Part shown: positions 39,688-49,663 of the stretch, in pieces
How positions within the stretch are numbered: the first letter of the stretch is position 1
How the letters are laid out: each line of letters begins with the position of its first letter
Assembly: GCA_039588275.1 (NCBI GenBank)
Contig: JBDHAC010000009.1
Location: 1-64,000 of the forward strand
Source of the DNA: Gemmatimonadota bacterium
Lineage (GTDB): Bacteria; Gemmatimonadota; Gemmatimonadetes; Palauibacterales; Palauibacteraceae
DNA length: 64,000 nt
Direction: 5' to 3'
The notes under the pieces: model-generated
The model's input: only the letters and a program-made list of their open reading frames with translations
Databases searched by the model: none
What the model was told of the DNA's origin: nothing
Program-made: the position numbers and the translations under genes

Positions 39688-41112
39688 GTGGATCTCGTCC
39701 TCCTCCCCGCGCACGAACAGACGCGACTCGTTCGCGTCGGAGAGGTGTCGGCGGCCGAGCTTCTGGATGCGTGCATGGCGCAGGTCGAGCGGCACAACGA
39801 GGCGGTCAACGCCGTGGTGACCCTGAACGAGCGGGCGCACGACGACGCCCGCGCGATCGACGAGGCGCTGGCACGCGGCGAGGACCCCGGTCCGCTCCTC
39901 GCTCTTCCGGTCGGCGTCAAGGATGTGACCGACACGGCCGGGATCCGCACCACGTACGGCTCCAAGCTCTATGCCGATCACGTCCCCGAGGAAGACGCGC
40001 TCGTGGTGCGCCGCTTTCGGGATGCGGGCGCGGTGATCCTCGGAAAGACGAACACGCCGGAGTTCGCGGCCGGCGCCAACACGTCGAACGAGGTGTTCGG
40101 CGCCACGCGTAACCCCTGGAACCTGGAACGGAGCGCCGGGGGCTCGACGGGCGGCGGAGCCGCCGCCCTCGCGACCGGGATGATCTCGCTGGCGCACGGA
40201 ACCGACCTGGGCGGATCGTTGCGGATCCCCGCGTCCTTCTGCGGCGTGGTAGGTCTGAGACCCACCGCGGGGCTCATCCCCACCTATCCGGCCGGCTACC
40301 TGTGGGACGATCTGCACGTGACGGGGATTATGGCGCGCGCGTCGGCCGACGTGGCGCTCTCGCTCCACGCGCTGTCGGGACCGAGCCCGCTATCACCGAT
40401 GACCAGTCCGCTTCAAAGAGGCGGGATCCAGAGCATGCTCGCCGAGGCCGACCTGTTCCAGAGGCGGTTCGCGTACTGCCCGGATGTGGCCGGCAGCGGC
40501 ATCGATACGAGTGTGGAATCGCGCTGCCGCGAGGTCGTGGAGATGCTCCGGGAGTGGGACGTGGACGTGGACGAGATCGAGCTGGATCTCGGCTATTGCC
40601 GGGATGCGTTCCTGGCGCTCCGAGCTTACGGCCTGGTCGCGCACCTGTTCGACGGCCTCGATCGCATCGACGATTACGGTCCCAACCTGAGCGCGAACCT
40701 GAAAGCCGGGCTCGCGGTCACGATGCGCGAGCTGGGCGCGGCCGAGGCTGCAAGACGCCGGGCCCGGCAGGAGATGCTGGCCCTGTTCGAGCGCTACGCG
40801 GTGATCCTGACGCCCTGCACGGCGGTCTCTCCGTTTCCCGTCGAGCAAAATTACCCGGAGGCGGTCGCGGGCAGACCGATGGAGACGTACGTGGACTGGA
40901 TCGCCCCCACGTTCGTACTGAGCCTCCCGGGACTGCCCGTGGCCTCGGTCCCGGTAGGGCTGGACGACGAGGGTCTGCCCGTGGGGCTCCAGATCGTGGC
41001 CCCGCCGTTTCGCGAGACGCGCGCGCTGGCGATCGCGGGCGGGATCGAGGCGGAGCGGTCGATCGGCACGCCGGCGCTGCTCGCGCTCGACGGTGAGGAT
41101 CCGACGCCATGA
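39688..41112 (+). CDS. Amidase-signature family amidase
   Basis: GVKD, GKTNTPEF, GGSTGG, GTDLGGSLRIPA. Confidence 0.92.
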   Translation: MDLVLLPAHEQTRLVRVGEVSAAELLDACMAQVERHNEAVNAVVTLNERAHDDARAIDEALARGEDPGPLLALPVGVKDVTDTAGIRTTYGSKLYADHVPEEDALVVRRFRDAGAVILGKTNTPEFAAGANTSNEVFGATRNPWNLERSAGGSTGGGAAALATGMISLAHGTDLGGSLRIPASFCGVVGLRPTAGLIPTYPAGYLWDDLHVTGIMARASADVALSLHALSGPSPLSPMTSPLQRGGIQSMLAEADLFQRRFAYCPDVAGSGIDTSVESRCREVVEMLREWDVDVDEIELDLGYCRDAFLALRAYGLVAHLFDGLDRIDDYGPNLSANLKAGLAVTMRELGAAEAARRRARQEMLALFERYAVILTPCTAVSPFPVEQNYPEAVAGRPMETYVDWIAPTFVLSLPGLPVASVPVGLDDEGLPVGLQIVAPPFRETRALAIAGGIEAERSIGTPALLALDGEDPTP

Positions 41113-42290
41113 GCGATCACGAGGCGTGTGTCGAGTTCCTCCAGCGGCTGATCCGAACACGGAGCATGCCCGGAGAGGAAGCCGAGATCGCCCAGCTCGT
41201 GAAGGTCGAGATGGAGGGTTTGGGCTACGACGAGGTGGGGATCGACGCGGCCGGCAACGTGATCGGACTGCTGCGTGGCAGCGGGTCGGCGCCGACGGTG
41301 ATGTTCAACACGCACCTGGATCACGTCGACGCCGGAGACCCGGCCGACTGGCCGCACCCGCCGTTTGGCGGCGAGATCCACGCGGATCACGTGTGGGGAC
41401 GCGGCACGGTGGACATCAAAGGACCGTTGGCGGCGCAAGTGTACGGTGTAGGCCGCCTCGCTGCCGCCGGCGAGCGTCCACCCGGGGATGTGTACGTCAC
41501 GGCAGTGGTCCAGGAGGAGGTCGGAGGGCTCGGCGCCCGCTTCCTGGCCGAGGCCCTGCGCCCCGATCTGATCCTGGTGGGTGAGCCGAGCCGGAACGAG
41601 GTGCGCCGGGGCCACCGCGGCCGCATCGAGCTCCGCGTGGCGGTGAAGGGAAGGATGGCGCACGCCTCGATGACGGAGATCGGGATCAACCCGCTCACCG
41701 TCATCGGAAGCTTCCTGGCCGCGCTCCCCGGCCTCCCGCTCCCGGACGATCCCGAGCTGGGGCAGGCGACGATCGCCCCGACGTTGATCAGAACCGACCA
41801 GGCGAGCGCGAACGTGATCCCGGGAGAGGTGGTCCTGACGCTGGATTGTCGTACGGTGCCCGGGCAAAACGCGCATGACCTGCGAGAGGAGCTGCTCCCC
41901 GTACTGGAGAGAGCGGAGATCCCCGGAACGCGGACCGAGATCGTGATTCCGGAGTTCGATCGCGTGAGCTGGAGCGGGCTCGAGAAGCGATATCCCGCCG
42001 ACAACCCCGCGTACGCGTTACCCGCGGATCATCCCGCGGTCCGAAGCGCCACCGGTGTCCTGGCGGCGACTCTCGGGGCCGTCCCACCGGTCGACGTCTG
42101 GCGCTTCGCGACGGATGGCGGCCACTTCGCCGAAGCCGGTCTGACGGTGGTGGGCTTTGGCCCAGGTGATGACCGCCTCGCCCACACGGTCGATGAAGCG
42201 ATCGGTCTCGACGAGCTGGAAACGGGTCTGCGCGGGAACGAGGCACTCGCGCGAGGCTGGGGCGCGGCGTACGCGGCTCTCCTCGGCTGA
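41109..42290 (+). CDS. M20 family amidohydrolase (ArgE/DapE/YgeY-like)
   Basis: HLDHV, GRGTVDIKG, QEEVG, GEPS, AHTVDE. Confidence 0.9.
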   Translation: MSDHEACVEFLQRLIRTRSMPGEEAEIAQLVKVEMEGLGYDEVGIDAAGNVIGLLRGSGSAPTVMFNTHLDHVDAGDPADWPHPPFGGEIHADHVWGRGTVDIKGPLAAQVYGVGRLAAAGERPPGDVYVTAVVQEEVGGLGARFLAEALRPDLILVGEPSRNEVRRGHRGRIELRVAVKGRMAHASMTEIGINPLTVIGSFLAALPGLPLPDDPELGQATIAPTLIRTDQASANVIPGEVVLTLDCRTVPGQNAHDLREELLPVLERAEIPGTRTEIVIPEFDRVSWSGLEKRYPADNPAYALPADHPAVRSATGVLAATLGAVPPVDVWRFATDGGHFAEAGLTVVGFGPGDDRLAHTVDEAIGLDELETGLRGNEALARGWGAAYAALLG

Positions 42291-42306
42291 GGAAGACCGG
42301 GATCTG

Positions 42307-43773
42307 CTAGCTCACCACGAACTCCGCCACGTGCGCCTCCTCCATCGGCGCGGTGGCGAGTGAAACGCCGACCATGACGATCGTGTTCGCCAGGATCCCC
42401 CAGATGCCCGGGTGCACGTCCGCGAACGAGGCCCCTGGGATCAGGTTCAGCGTCAACGTCACGGCGCCGCCCGCCAACAGACCGGCGAGGGCACCGGCCG
42501 GGGTCGCTCGCGGCCAGAAGAACGTCGCCAGCAGGAGGGGGAATAGCTGCGCGATAAAGCCGTACGAGAGCAACAGCAGCTGGACGAGCGACACCTGCAA
42601 GACCACAGCGAGCAGGTAGGCGAGCGCCCCGAAGACCACGACGAGGACCTGAATGGCGCGCCGCTCCTGCGCGTCGGTGAGCTCGCGGCCCGAGATGTTG
42701 TCGTAGAAGTCCTTCACCGCCACGGACCCGCTCGCGTGCAGAAGCGCATCTCCCGTCGACATCGACGCCGCCAGGGCGCCCGCGCAAAACAGGCCCACCA
42801 CCCAGGGCGGCAGCCCGATGGACGTCACGACGGTCGGGAGGATGGCATCGGCCGGCTCGACGCCCGGGAACGCGATGACGCCGGAGAAGCCGATGAACAG
42901 GATCGGGACGAGAAAGATCAAGAACGTCGGATAGAAGACGACGGTCTTTTTGAGCGTCGGGATGTCGCGGGCCGTGTAGATCTTCATGAAGTAGTGCGGC
43001 CACAAGCTGAAACCGAGGGCGGATATGGCCACCGAGCTGGAGAATGCGCCCCAACTCCAGGGCTCGCCGTTCGCGGCCAGGCCCGGGGCGCTCAGCATCT
43101 GCGGCGCGGCCTCCGCGATCGCATCGAACATGGGTCCCACACCCCCGTACAGCCGGTAGGGGAGGTAGAGGCCCAGACCCCATGCCAGGGCCATCATGAA
43201 CATGCCCTGGAAGGTGTTCGTCCAACCGACACCGAGCACGCCGCTGCGGAAGACGTAGATGAGCACGACGCCGTAAGCGATCCCGGCACCGGCCCATTCG
43301 GGTACGCGCCCCTCGGTCACGACGCTGAACACGTACCCGGCTCCCTCCATCTGGAGCATCAGGTACGGGATGAACGCGATCAGGGAGAGCACGGCGAGCA
43401 AGGCGGGCAGCGAGCGGCTCCGGAACCGGTGCCCGAACAGCTCGGCCTGCGTCACGTAGCCGAAGCGACGGCCCAGCCGCGCGACCCGCGGACCGAAGAA
43501 ATACCACGGGACGAGCCCCACGGTGCCGTACGCGAGGATGTAGAACGCGGCGGCCCCCCGCGAGTAGGCCCACCCCGGTCCCCCCAGAAACGCGAACGCG
43601 CTGAAGATCGACGCGCCCATGATGAAGTAGAGGACCAGGAAGCCCAACGAGCGGTCACCGGCCACGTACCCCTCGGTGCTGCGGGAGACGCGCCGGCCCG
43701 ACGCGAGACCGATGATCAGCGATGCGAGCAGATACCCGATCGTGACGAGGAAAACAACGAGCCAGGCGGGCAT
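42307..43773 (-). CDS. Sodium:solute symporter family protein
   Basis: YVAGDRSLG, SAFAFLGGPG, AASMST; many TM helices. Confidence 0.9.
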   Translation of the reverse strand: MPAWLVVFLVTIGYLLASLIIGLASGRRVSRSTEGYVAGDRSLGFLVLYFIMGASIFSAFAFLGGPGWAYSRGAAAFYILAYGTVGLVPWYFFGPRVARLGRRFGYVTQAELFGHRFRSRSLPALLAVLSLIAFIPYLMLQMEGAGYVFSVVTEGRVPEWAGAGIAYGVVLIYVFRSGVLGVGWTNTFQGMFMMALAWGLGLYLPYRLYGGVGPMFDAIAEAAPQMLSAPGLAANGEPWSWGAFSSSVAISALGFSLWPHYFMKIYTARDIPTLKKTVVFYPTFLIFLVPILFIGFSGVIAFPGVEPADAILPTVVTSIGLPPWVVGLFCAGALAASMSTGDALLHASGSVAVKDFYDNISGRELTDAQERRAIQVLVVVFGALAYLLAVVLQVSLVQLLLLSYGFIAQLFPLLLATFFWPRATPAGALAGLLAGGAVTLTLNLIPGASFADVHPGIWGILANTIVMVGVSLATAPMEEAHVAEFVVS

Positions 43774-44102
43774 CAGTCGGCCGGTCCTTCGGGGCCCTGG
43801 GGCTCATCGCCACGAACGCTCCCCGAGCCGATGTCCGGCTCGGCGGACTCCCGCCCTCCCGCTCGACGGCGCTCCCACGTGAACAGCGTCAACAGAACGG
43901 CGAACGACAACAGCACGCCCCCGATGACGTACGCCATCGAGAACGGCAGCCCGAGCACGCGCGGCTCGATGCCCGCGAAGCGCGGGTACACCGGCCACAG
44001 CAACGCCAGAAACAGCGCGACGTAGAAGAGGGTGACGACCCGATACACGCGCCGGTCGCCCCGCTCGAGCCGGGTCGGAAAAATGCGGGGAGCCTTGCGC
44101 AC
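43773..44102 (-). CDS. Small two-TM partner of the symporter (DUF3311-like)
   Basis: EPRVLGLPF motif between two TM helices; stop overlaps the symporter ATG; start GTG 44102 is tentative. Confidence 0.75.
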   Translation of the reverse strand: MRKAPRIFPTRLERGDRRVYRVVTLFYVALFLALLWPVYPRFAGIEPRVLGLPFSMAYVIGGVLLSFAVLLTLFTWERRRAGGRESAEPDIGSGSVRGDEPQGPEGPAD

Positions 44103-44345
44103 GCAGGAGTCCTTTAGCTGTCTGGGCGACGTCCGGCAGGGCGCGTCAGAGTCCCTGCGCGAGGTCGAAGAATAGGGCCGCGCGAACCCCGGCCGGTCAA
44201 GCTCAGGCCCTTGCACACCGCCGGACGAGTCGCCGCGTCGTTTGATGCGCCGGGTCGCGCTGCCGATCTTCCTGGGCCCGACTGGGCCCGACGCCCTGGC
44301 CCGCCGCCGGCGGGAAGGCGGTGGAATTGAACAGCGGAGGTATGG

Positions 44346-45407
44346 ATGAACTGCCGGTCGGACCACGTCCCGGAGTCTCGCCGTCGAACGAAGAGCCGAC
44401 CCCCCGCCCGGTGGCGCGGCGCAGCGATCCTGGGTTCCCTGGTGCTCGCGTGCGGGGGCGAGGAGCCCGCTCCGACGGCGGACGCCGCAGCGGCAAGAGC
44501 GGACGTGGGAGGCGCGGCCGCGACCGAGAACCGACCGGACTTGCCGGGGTGGGCAGCCTCGGAAGCGTACGCTCGCGGCACGCACGTGGTGCTGCTCGGG
44601 AGCGGGACGCCAAACGCGGATCCGGACCGATCGGGCACCGCGATCGCGATCGTCGTGGATGGCTTCGCGTACCTCGTGGATGCAGGGCCCGGGGTGGTTC
44701 GGCGAGCGTCGGCCGCTGCGCGAAACGGCGTCGAGGCGTTGCTCCCGGCGCGCCTGGACATCGTTTTCCTCACCCACCTACACAGCGATCATACGGTGGG
44801 TCTACCCGATCTGATGCTCACTCCGTGGGTGTTGGAGCGGGAAGCGCCGCTGCGGGTGTTCGGACCTGAAGGAACGCAGGAGATGACGGGGCACCTGCTC
44901 GCGGCCTGGAGTCGCGACATCCAGAGCCGGTCGTCGGGTATTCACCCCACCACGCCCGAGGGCCACAGGGTGGAGGCGGTCGATATCACGCCCGGCACCG
45001 TGTACCGCGACCAGCGCCTGACCGTGACCGCGTTCCGGGTCCCGCACGAGGGCGTGACGGACGCGTTCGGGTATCGCTTCGATACTGCGGACCGGTCGGT
45101 CGTGATCTCGGGGGACACGGGCCCGGGCGACGCGGTGGCGGACGCGTGCGCGGGTTGCGACGTGCTCTTGCACGAGGTGTACTCGGCGGACGCGTTCCAG
45201 CGGCACCTGCCCGAGTGGCAGCGCTATCATTCCCGCGCGCACACATCGACGACCGAGCTCGCGGAGCTCGCGACGCGGGCGCGTCCGGGTACCCTCGTCC
45301 TCTACCACGCGCTCCTGTGGGGCGTGACGCCAGAGGCGCTTCTTGGGGAGGTGGCCCGAGGGTACGACGGCTCGGTCGTCTTCGGCCGCGACCTCGACGT
45401 CTACTAG
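44346..45407 (+). CDS. MBL-fold metallohydrolase (RNase Z/AtsA-like), probable lipoprotein
   Basis: LLGSGTP, THLHSDH, SGDT, HE, AHT; lipobox VLAC. Confidence 0.85.
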   Translation: MNCRSDHVPESRRRTKSRPPARWRGAAILGSLVLACGGEEPAPTADAAAARADVGGAAATENRPDLPGWAASEAYARGTHVVLLGSGTPNADPDRSGTAIAIVVDGFAYLVDAGPGVVRRASAAARNGVEALLPARLDIVFLTHLHSDHTVGLPDLMLTPWVLEREAPLRVFGPEGTQEMTGHLLAAWSRDIQSRSSGIHPTTPEGHRVEAVDITPGTVYRDQRLTVTAFRVPHEGVTDAFGYRFDTADRSVVISGDTGPGDAVADACAGCDVLLHEVYSADAFQRHLPEWQRYHSRAHTSTTELAELATRARPGTLVLYHALLWGVTPEALLGEVARGYDGSVVFGRDLDVY

Positions 45408-45467
45408 CGGGCCCCCGAAAAGCTCGAGGAGGTCGGCCTGCGAGGCGGTCGTCTCCCTCGGCGGCCC

Positions 45468-46739
45468 CTAGTTGGGCGCGTGCACACCCGGCCCGCCATG
45501 GTTGCGATCGCGGCCGATCGACGGCCCGCTCATGTTCGCCCCCCCATGTGTGTTGTCGATCTTCGCGATGAACTGCTGGATGGCACCGGGGAACGACTGA
45601 GTCTGAGCGTTGTTCCCGAACGGGTCCGTGTACCAGACGAGCGGACCTTCGGGGTTCACGACCCGGATCGAGTTGATGTCGAAATCGCGCGAAACGCCGT
45701 TGAACCGCGAGCGGGGGTCATCGAATTGGAGACCCTGCAGCTGGCCACCGCCCGTCGAGTCTTCGCAATCACCGCCACGCGCGCGCCTGCCGTCCACCAC
45801 CTCGTAGCAATCGTCGATCGGCCGCCCGACGCCGCTCGGAGCGGCCGGGTCGAAATATCGGCTCGGACGGAACACGTTGAAGTACGGGTTGATCGAGACG
45901 AGCGTCTTCCCGTCCGCCCTGCGTAGACGCTGAGACAGCTGCCAGCTCTCGCGCAGCGCGCGCCCGAAGTTCGAGCGGTCGCCGTCCGCGACCAACATGT
46001 GCTGCTCTACACACGTGCGGTCGGGGATAAGTCGCTTGCCTCCACCGGAAGGAGAGTTCAACGGACTGGGCGGCCCGACGGTGACGTGCACGTCCGAGTC
46101 GCACGAGCGCACGAACTCACCCGGCTGACCGATGGCGGTGAGAACCGTGAAGCTCACCGCGGTTCCGTCATCGCACCGGGCGTGGTACGCGAGCTCGTGA
46201 ACGTTGTTGGTGAACGCGTCTTTCGAGTGAGAGCCCTGGTGCAGCTTCGCGAGCACGTTGCAGCGGACCTCGAACACGGCGGAAGCCGGTCCGGGGAAGC
46301 GCATCTGTATGTCGTTCTCCCACTCGATCTTGTGACCCACGTGGTCCTCGTGACGCGTGGTGAGCGGGTCCCACACATCCAGCCTCTCATTGGCGTACCC
46401 GAACGGAATCGCGCCCACCTCATCGAAGATGGCCGAGCCCCTGGGGTCGCGGCCGTGCTCGTGCCCGAAGGAGCAGCCGGTCGCGTCGTCCACGGGCGGG
46501 TGCCAGGTCGGATACAACTTCCCGTCGGGCCCCACGGTCGCGTAGTCGTCGTGGTCCTGGGTCGAGCAGGTGTCGAGCGGCCCGGGCTGCCAGCGGCCAT
46601 ACGCCACGCTCAACTCACCACTCGATGGCGGCGTGTCGAACGGAGCCGAGGGTATCGCGCCATCGCAGCCGGCGGCCACCAGGGGTGCCAGCAAGGCGAA
46701 TGTGACCACAGCGTTCCTCGAAGCTACGAGCCAGTTCAT
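45468..46739 (-). CDS. Hypothetical His/Cys-rich lipoprotein
   Basis: GGAGG RBS; lipobox AAGC; HEHG, HEDHVGHK, HQGSH motifs. Confidence 0.75.
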   Translation of the reverse strand: MNWLVASRNAVVTFALLAPLVAAGCDGAIPSAPFDTPPSSGELSVAYGRWQPGPLDTCSTQDHDDYATVGPDGKLYPTWHPPVDDATGCSFGHEHGRDPRGSAIFDEVGAIPFGYANERLDVWDPLTTRHEDHVGHKIEWENDIQMRFPGPASAVFEVRCNVLAKLHQGSHSKDAFTNNVHELAYHARCDDGTAVSFTVLTAIGQPGEFVRSCDSDVHVTVGPPSPLNSPSGGGKRLIPDRTCVEQHMLVADGDRSNFGRALRESWQLSQRLRRADGKTLVSINPYFNVFRPSRYFDPAAPSGVGRPIDDCYEVVDGRRARGGDCEDSTGGGQLQGLQFDDPRSRFNGVSRDFDINSIRVVNPEGPLVWYTDPFGNNAQTQSFPGAIQQFIAKIDNTHGGANMSGPSIGRDRNHGGPGVHAPN

Positions 46740-46834
46740 ACAACCTCCCTTGGACACGGCCCTTACGTCGCCCGTGCCTTTACATCTGGTACGACTTGCA
46801 GCGGGGGTTGGAGAGCGCCGCTGAAGCCGGATCG

Positions 46835-47449
46835 TCAATGCCAGGTGAGCCCCAGGCCGCCCTGGAGCATGGCCAGCATTGCCCCATCCGTGGCTGGATC
46901 TCCGTTGAACTTCAGACCGGCGAACGGTGCCAGGACGAGATTCGCGAACGGGGCCAACGACAGGTTGTCTGCGATCCGAAGCTCGTATCCGATCCCCGCC
47001 TGGCCACCGAAGGTGAGCGCGGTCAGCGCATCGCCGTCCTCTTCGGCGCGGTATCCCACCGCCCCGAGCCCGCCCTTGAGGTAAAGGGATCCGTCGGGTC
47101 GCGTGTACCAGAGCACTACGGCGCCCAGCGAGCCCAGGTATTGGCGGATGCCCTCATCGCCGCGAGTCCAGCCGTCGAACTCGGCGCCGATCAACAGGCG
47201 CGGGCTGAGTGTCCCTCCGAAGCGTACATAGCCGGCGAGTCCCGGCTTCGGGTCGCCGGCGCAGATATCGCAGCTGACCTGGTCGAAGCCTCCCCCGAAG
47301 CCGACTCCCAACCATTGCCCATCCCTTACTGGCGTCGTCTGAGCACGCCCCGGGGCCGATGTGGCGAGGGCGAGGATCCCCCCCACCGCGACTGCGGTGA
47401 GCGATGACCGTCGCGTCCTGCCTCGGGCGTTGCGGTTCGGCGATGGCAT
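46835..47449 (-). CDS. Small outer-membrane beta-barrel protein
   Basis: Signal peptide, amphipathic Gly/aromatic strands, terminal GLGLTWH. Confidence 0.7.
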   Translation of the reverse strand: MPSPNRNARGRTRRSSLTAVAVGGILALATSAPGRAQTTPVRDGQWLGVGFGGGFDQVSCDICAGDPKPGLAGYVRFGGTLSPRLLIGAEFDGWTRGDEGIRQYLGSLGAVVLWYTRPDGSLYLKGGLGAVGYRAEEDGDALTALTFGGQAGIGYELRIADNLSLAPFANLVLAPFAGLKFNGDPATDGAMLAMLQGGLGLTWH

Positions 47450-47700
47450 CCGACTCTCCTTACGATTCGCACTGCTCACGGGCTGCGGACGTCGGCCCTC
47501 TCGCGAGCGCGGCGCCCGGGTATAGGGGGTGCCGAGGAGCGAAGAGCGTGCCATTCCGCACGCCCGCCGTAAGTGGGCGTGGCAGGGGGAGGTAGGGCTC
47601 GAGTAGCGGCCGCCCGTACGCGTTACCCGCGCTGGCCGGGCGGTACTCGGTTGCGCAAAGGGCTATTCTTTACAGGGTCGCCGCGCTCTCGAGCGCCGAG

Positions 47701-48378
47701 TCAGGTTCCCGAAGAGGAGAGAATGGGAGCGCTGACGCCCACGGACACGGCGGCGGCGACCTCGGCCCCCGGCACCTGCCCGGCGAGCAGATGGTCTTCG
47801 GTGACCCAGCGCTCCGTGTTCAGGTCGAAGACCAGGGTCGCCCGCCGATCCGCCGCGATGACCACGGCCTGGTCGAGACGAACGTCTACGGTCACGGTGA
47901 GCCCCGGCTCGACCGGGAGCGCAGCCGCCCGATCAAGCTCGCTCCCTCCGATCTCCGCACCGGCCTCGAGTGCGGCCACGGCATCTCGCAGAACCAGACG
48001 GACGTGATGATACGAGCCGGCCAGCAGCTCGCCCGCGAGCGGTGCCGAAGAAGCCGCCTCGTCCTGGAGGGCCACCTGGAGCGTCGGCGCGCGCGCGGCG
48101 ACAAGGTACTCGACTCCATCCGAGGAGAGTTGCAGCTCGACGGACACGGCCAAGAAGCCGTGGTAGTAGTCGCCGTCGAACGATTTGTGATGAGCTAGCC
48201 ACGCGAACGGGGCGGGAAGCGCCGCGATCTCGGACGCCGGATTGTCGAGCAGGACCGCGTCGATGGGTCCGGTCTCGATCGGCCCGGTTCCCTCGCCACA
48301 TGCGGCTGGCACCAGGCCGAGGAGTACGGTTCCGATCCGGGTGGTGCTTCGGGTGCCTCGTGTTGCGGCACGGCTCAT
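47701..48378 (-). CDS. Hypothetical lipoprotein (DUF4382-like)
   Basis: Lipobox PAAC; GSYHHVRLVL and TLVFDLN motifs. Confidence 0.6.
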   Translation of the reverse strand: MSRAATRGTRSTTRIGTVLLGLVPAACGEGTGPIETGPIDAVLLDNPASEIAALPAPFAWLAHHKSFDGDYYHGFLAVSVELQLSSDGVEYLVAARAPTLQVALQDEAASSAPLAGELLAGSYHHVRLVLRDAVAALEAGAEIGGSELDRAAALPVEPGLTVTVDVRLDQAVVIAADRRATLVFDLNTERWVTEDHLLAGQVPGAEVAAAVSVGVSAPILSSSGT

Positions 48379-48591
48379 CCTCTTCTCCTTGCCGGGGACG
48401 GATGTTCCAGACTGCTACCGGGCTCGGCGCTCCAGGATCCACGCGCACGACATGAGTGGCGGGAGCGGTACACCTGGCATGGTGTGTCGGTCGCGGGCGC
48501 GGCGGGCGGTGCGAGCGGCCGGTGGACCCTCCTACCTTTCAGCCGATCGACTAGAGCAGACCGCGCCAGCCCCTGGGTCCTCGTCAGGAGC

Positions 48592-49488
48592 ATGAGCTTG
48601 GGCATACCTGTGATCTTCAATCCGTCGGCGGGTACGGGCTTCCCACCCGAGGCGCTCGATCGCCTGCTGAACACGCACCTGCCCGGCGCGACACTCCACC
48701 TCCTGTCCTCCCCCGCCGAGCTGACCGACCGGGTGGAGTGCGCAGTCCGGGCGGGAGATGGGCCGCTCGTCCTGGCCGGTGGGGATGGGCTGGTGAACCT
48801 GGCGGTGAACGCGTTGTCGTCGGATCTGTCGCGAGTCCCGCTCGGTCTGGTGCCTCTGGGTACCGGTAACGATCTCGCTCGCTCGTTGGGGATCCCGATG
48901 GATGCCGCTTCCGCCCTGCGCCTGCTGCAGGGGGCCGCCGAGCGCACCGTGGACGCCGTACGCGTGCATTGGGCCGACGCCCGGCCGGCCACGCACTTCG
49001 TGAACGTCGGGCTCCTCGGGTTCGGCGCGACGATAGAGCTTGGACCCAGTCTCAAGCGGCGCTTGGGAAGTCGGGCCTACACGATGGCCGCAATCGGGGA
49101 AGTCCGTAGGCTCAAAGCCCACCCCGTGGCGCTCCGATTCGCTGATGAGGCATTGGAGCTCGAGGCATATTTGGTGGCCGTGGCGAACGGCGCTTTCATG
49201 GGCGGCGGCGTGGCAATCGCCCCCGCCGCACGTCTCGACGACGGCCAGCTAGACCTCGTTGTCGTTCCGCGATCAGCTCCACACCGACTCGTGCGGGCCG
49301 CAGCGGCCATCCTGCGTGGGCGTCAGCGGTCGGGGCGGGAGGTGATCATGCGCCGATGCAGCGAGGTTTCCGTGGAGGTGCCCGCGTCTTGGGTCCTCAA
49401 CGCCGACGGGGAGCAGGTGTCGGGGAGCCCGGCCCGCTTCGAGGTTCTCCCTGCCGCGCTCCGCTTCCGAGTCCCGACCGCTCCCTGA
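48592..49488 (+). CDS. Diacylglycerol/lipid kinase (YegS/DgkB family)
   Basis: NPSAG, GGDG, PLGTGNDLA, LDDG, DGE. Confidence 0.9.
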   Translation: MSLGIPVIFNPSAGTGFPPEALDRLLNTHLPGATLHLLSSPAELTDRVECAVRAGDGPLVLAGGDGLVNLAVNALSSDLSRVPLGLVPLGTGNDLARSLGIPMDAASALRLLQGAAERTVDAVRVHWADARPATHFVNVGLLGFGATIELGPSLKRRLGSRAYTMAAIGEVRRLKAHPVALRFADEALELEAYLVAVANGAFMGGGVAIAPAARLDDGQLDLVVVPRSAPHRLVRAAAAILRGRQRSGREVIMRRCSEVSVEVPASWVLNADGEQVSGSPARFEVLPAALRFRVPTAP

Positions 49489-49663
49489 GAGGGACCTCCA
49501 AGCCGCACGCTCGAGGCCTTGGGGGAGACAGCGCGCGGGACAGCCCCCAGGCTGACCGCCGTACCGTCACGAGCCGCCCCGGCCGCGTATCTTCTTACCG
49601 GGATCACGTTGGGCACTCTGTTCTCCCCGGGGCCCGAGGCTCCGGTCGCGGAGGAGCGAATCC

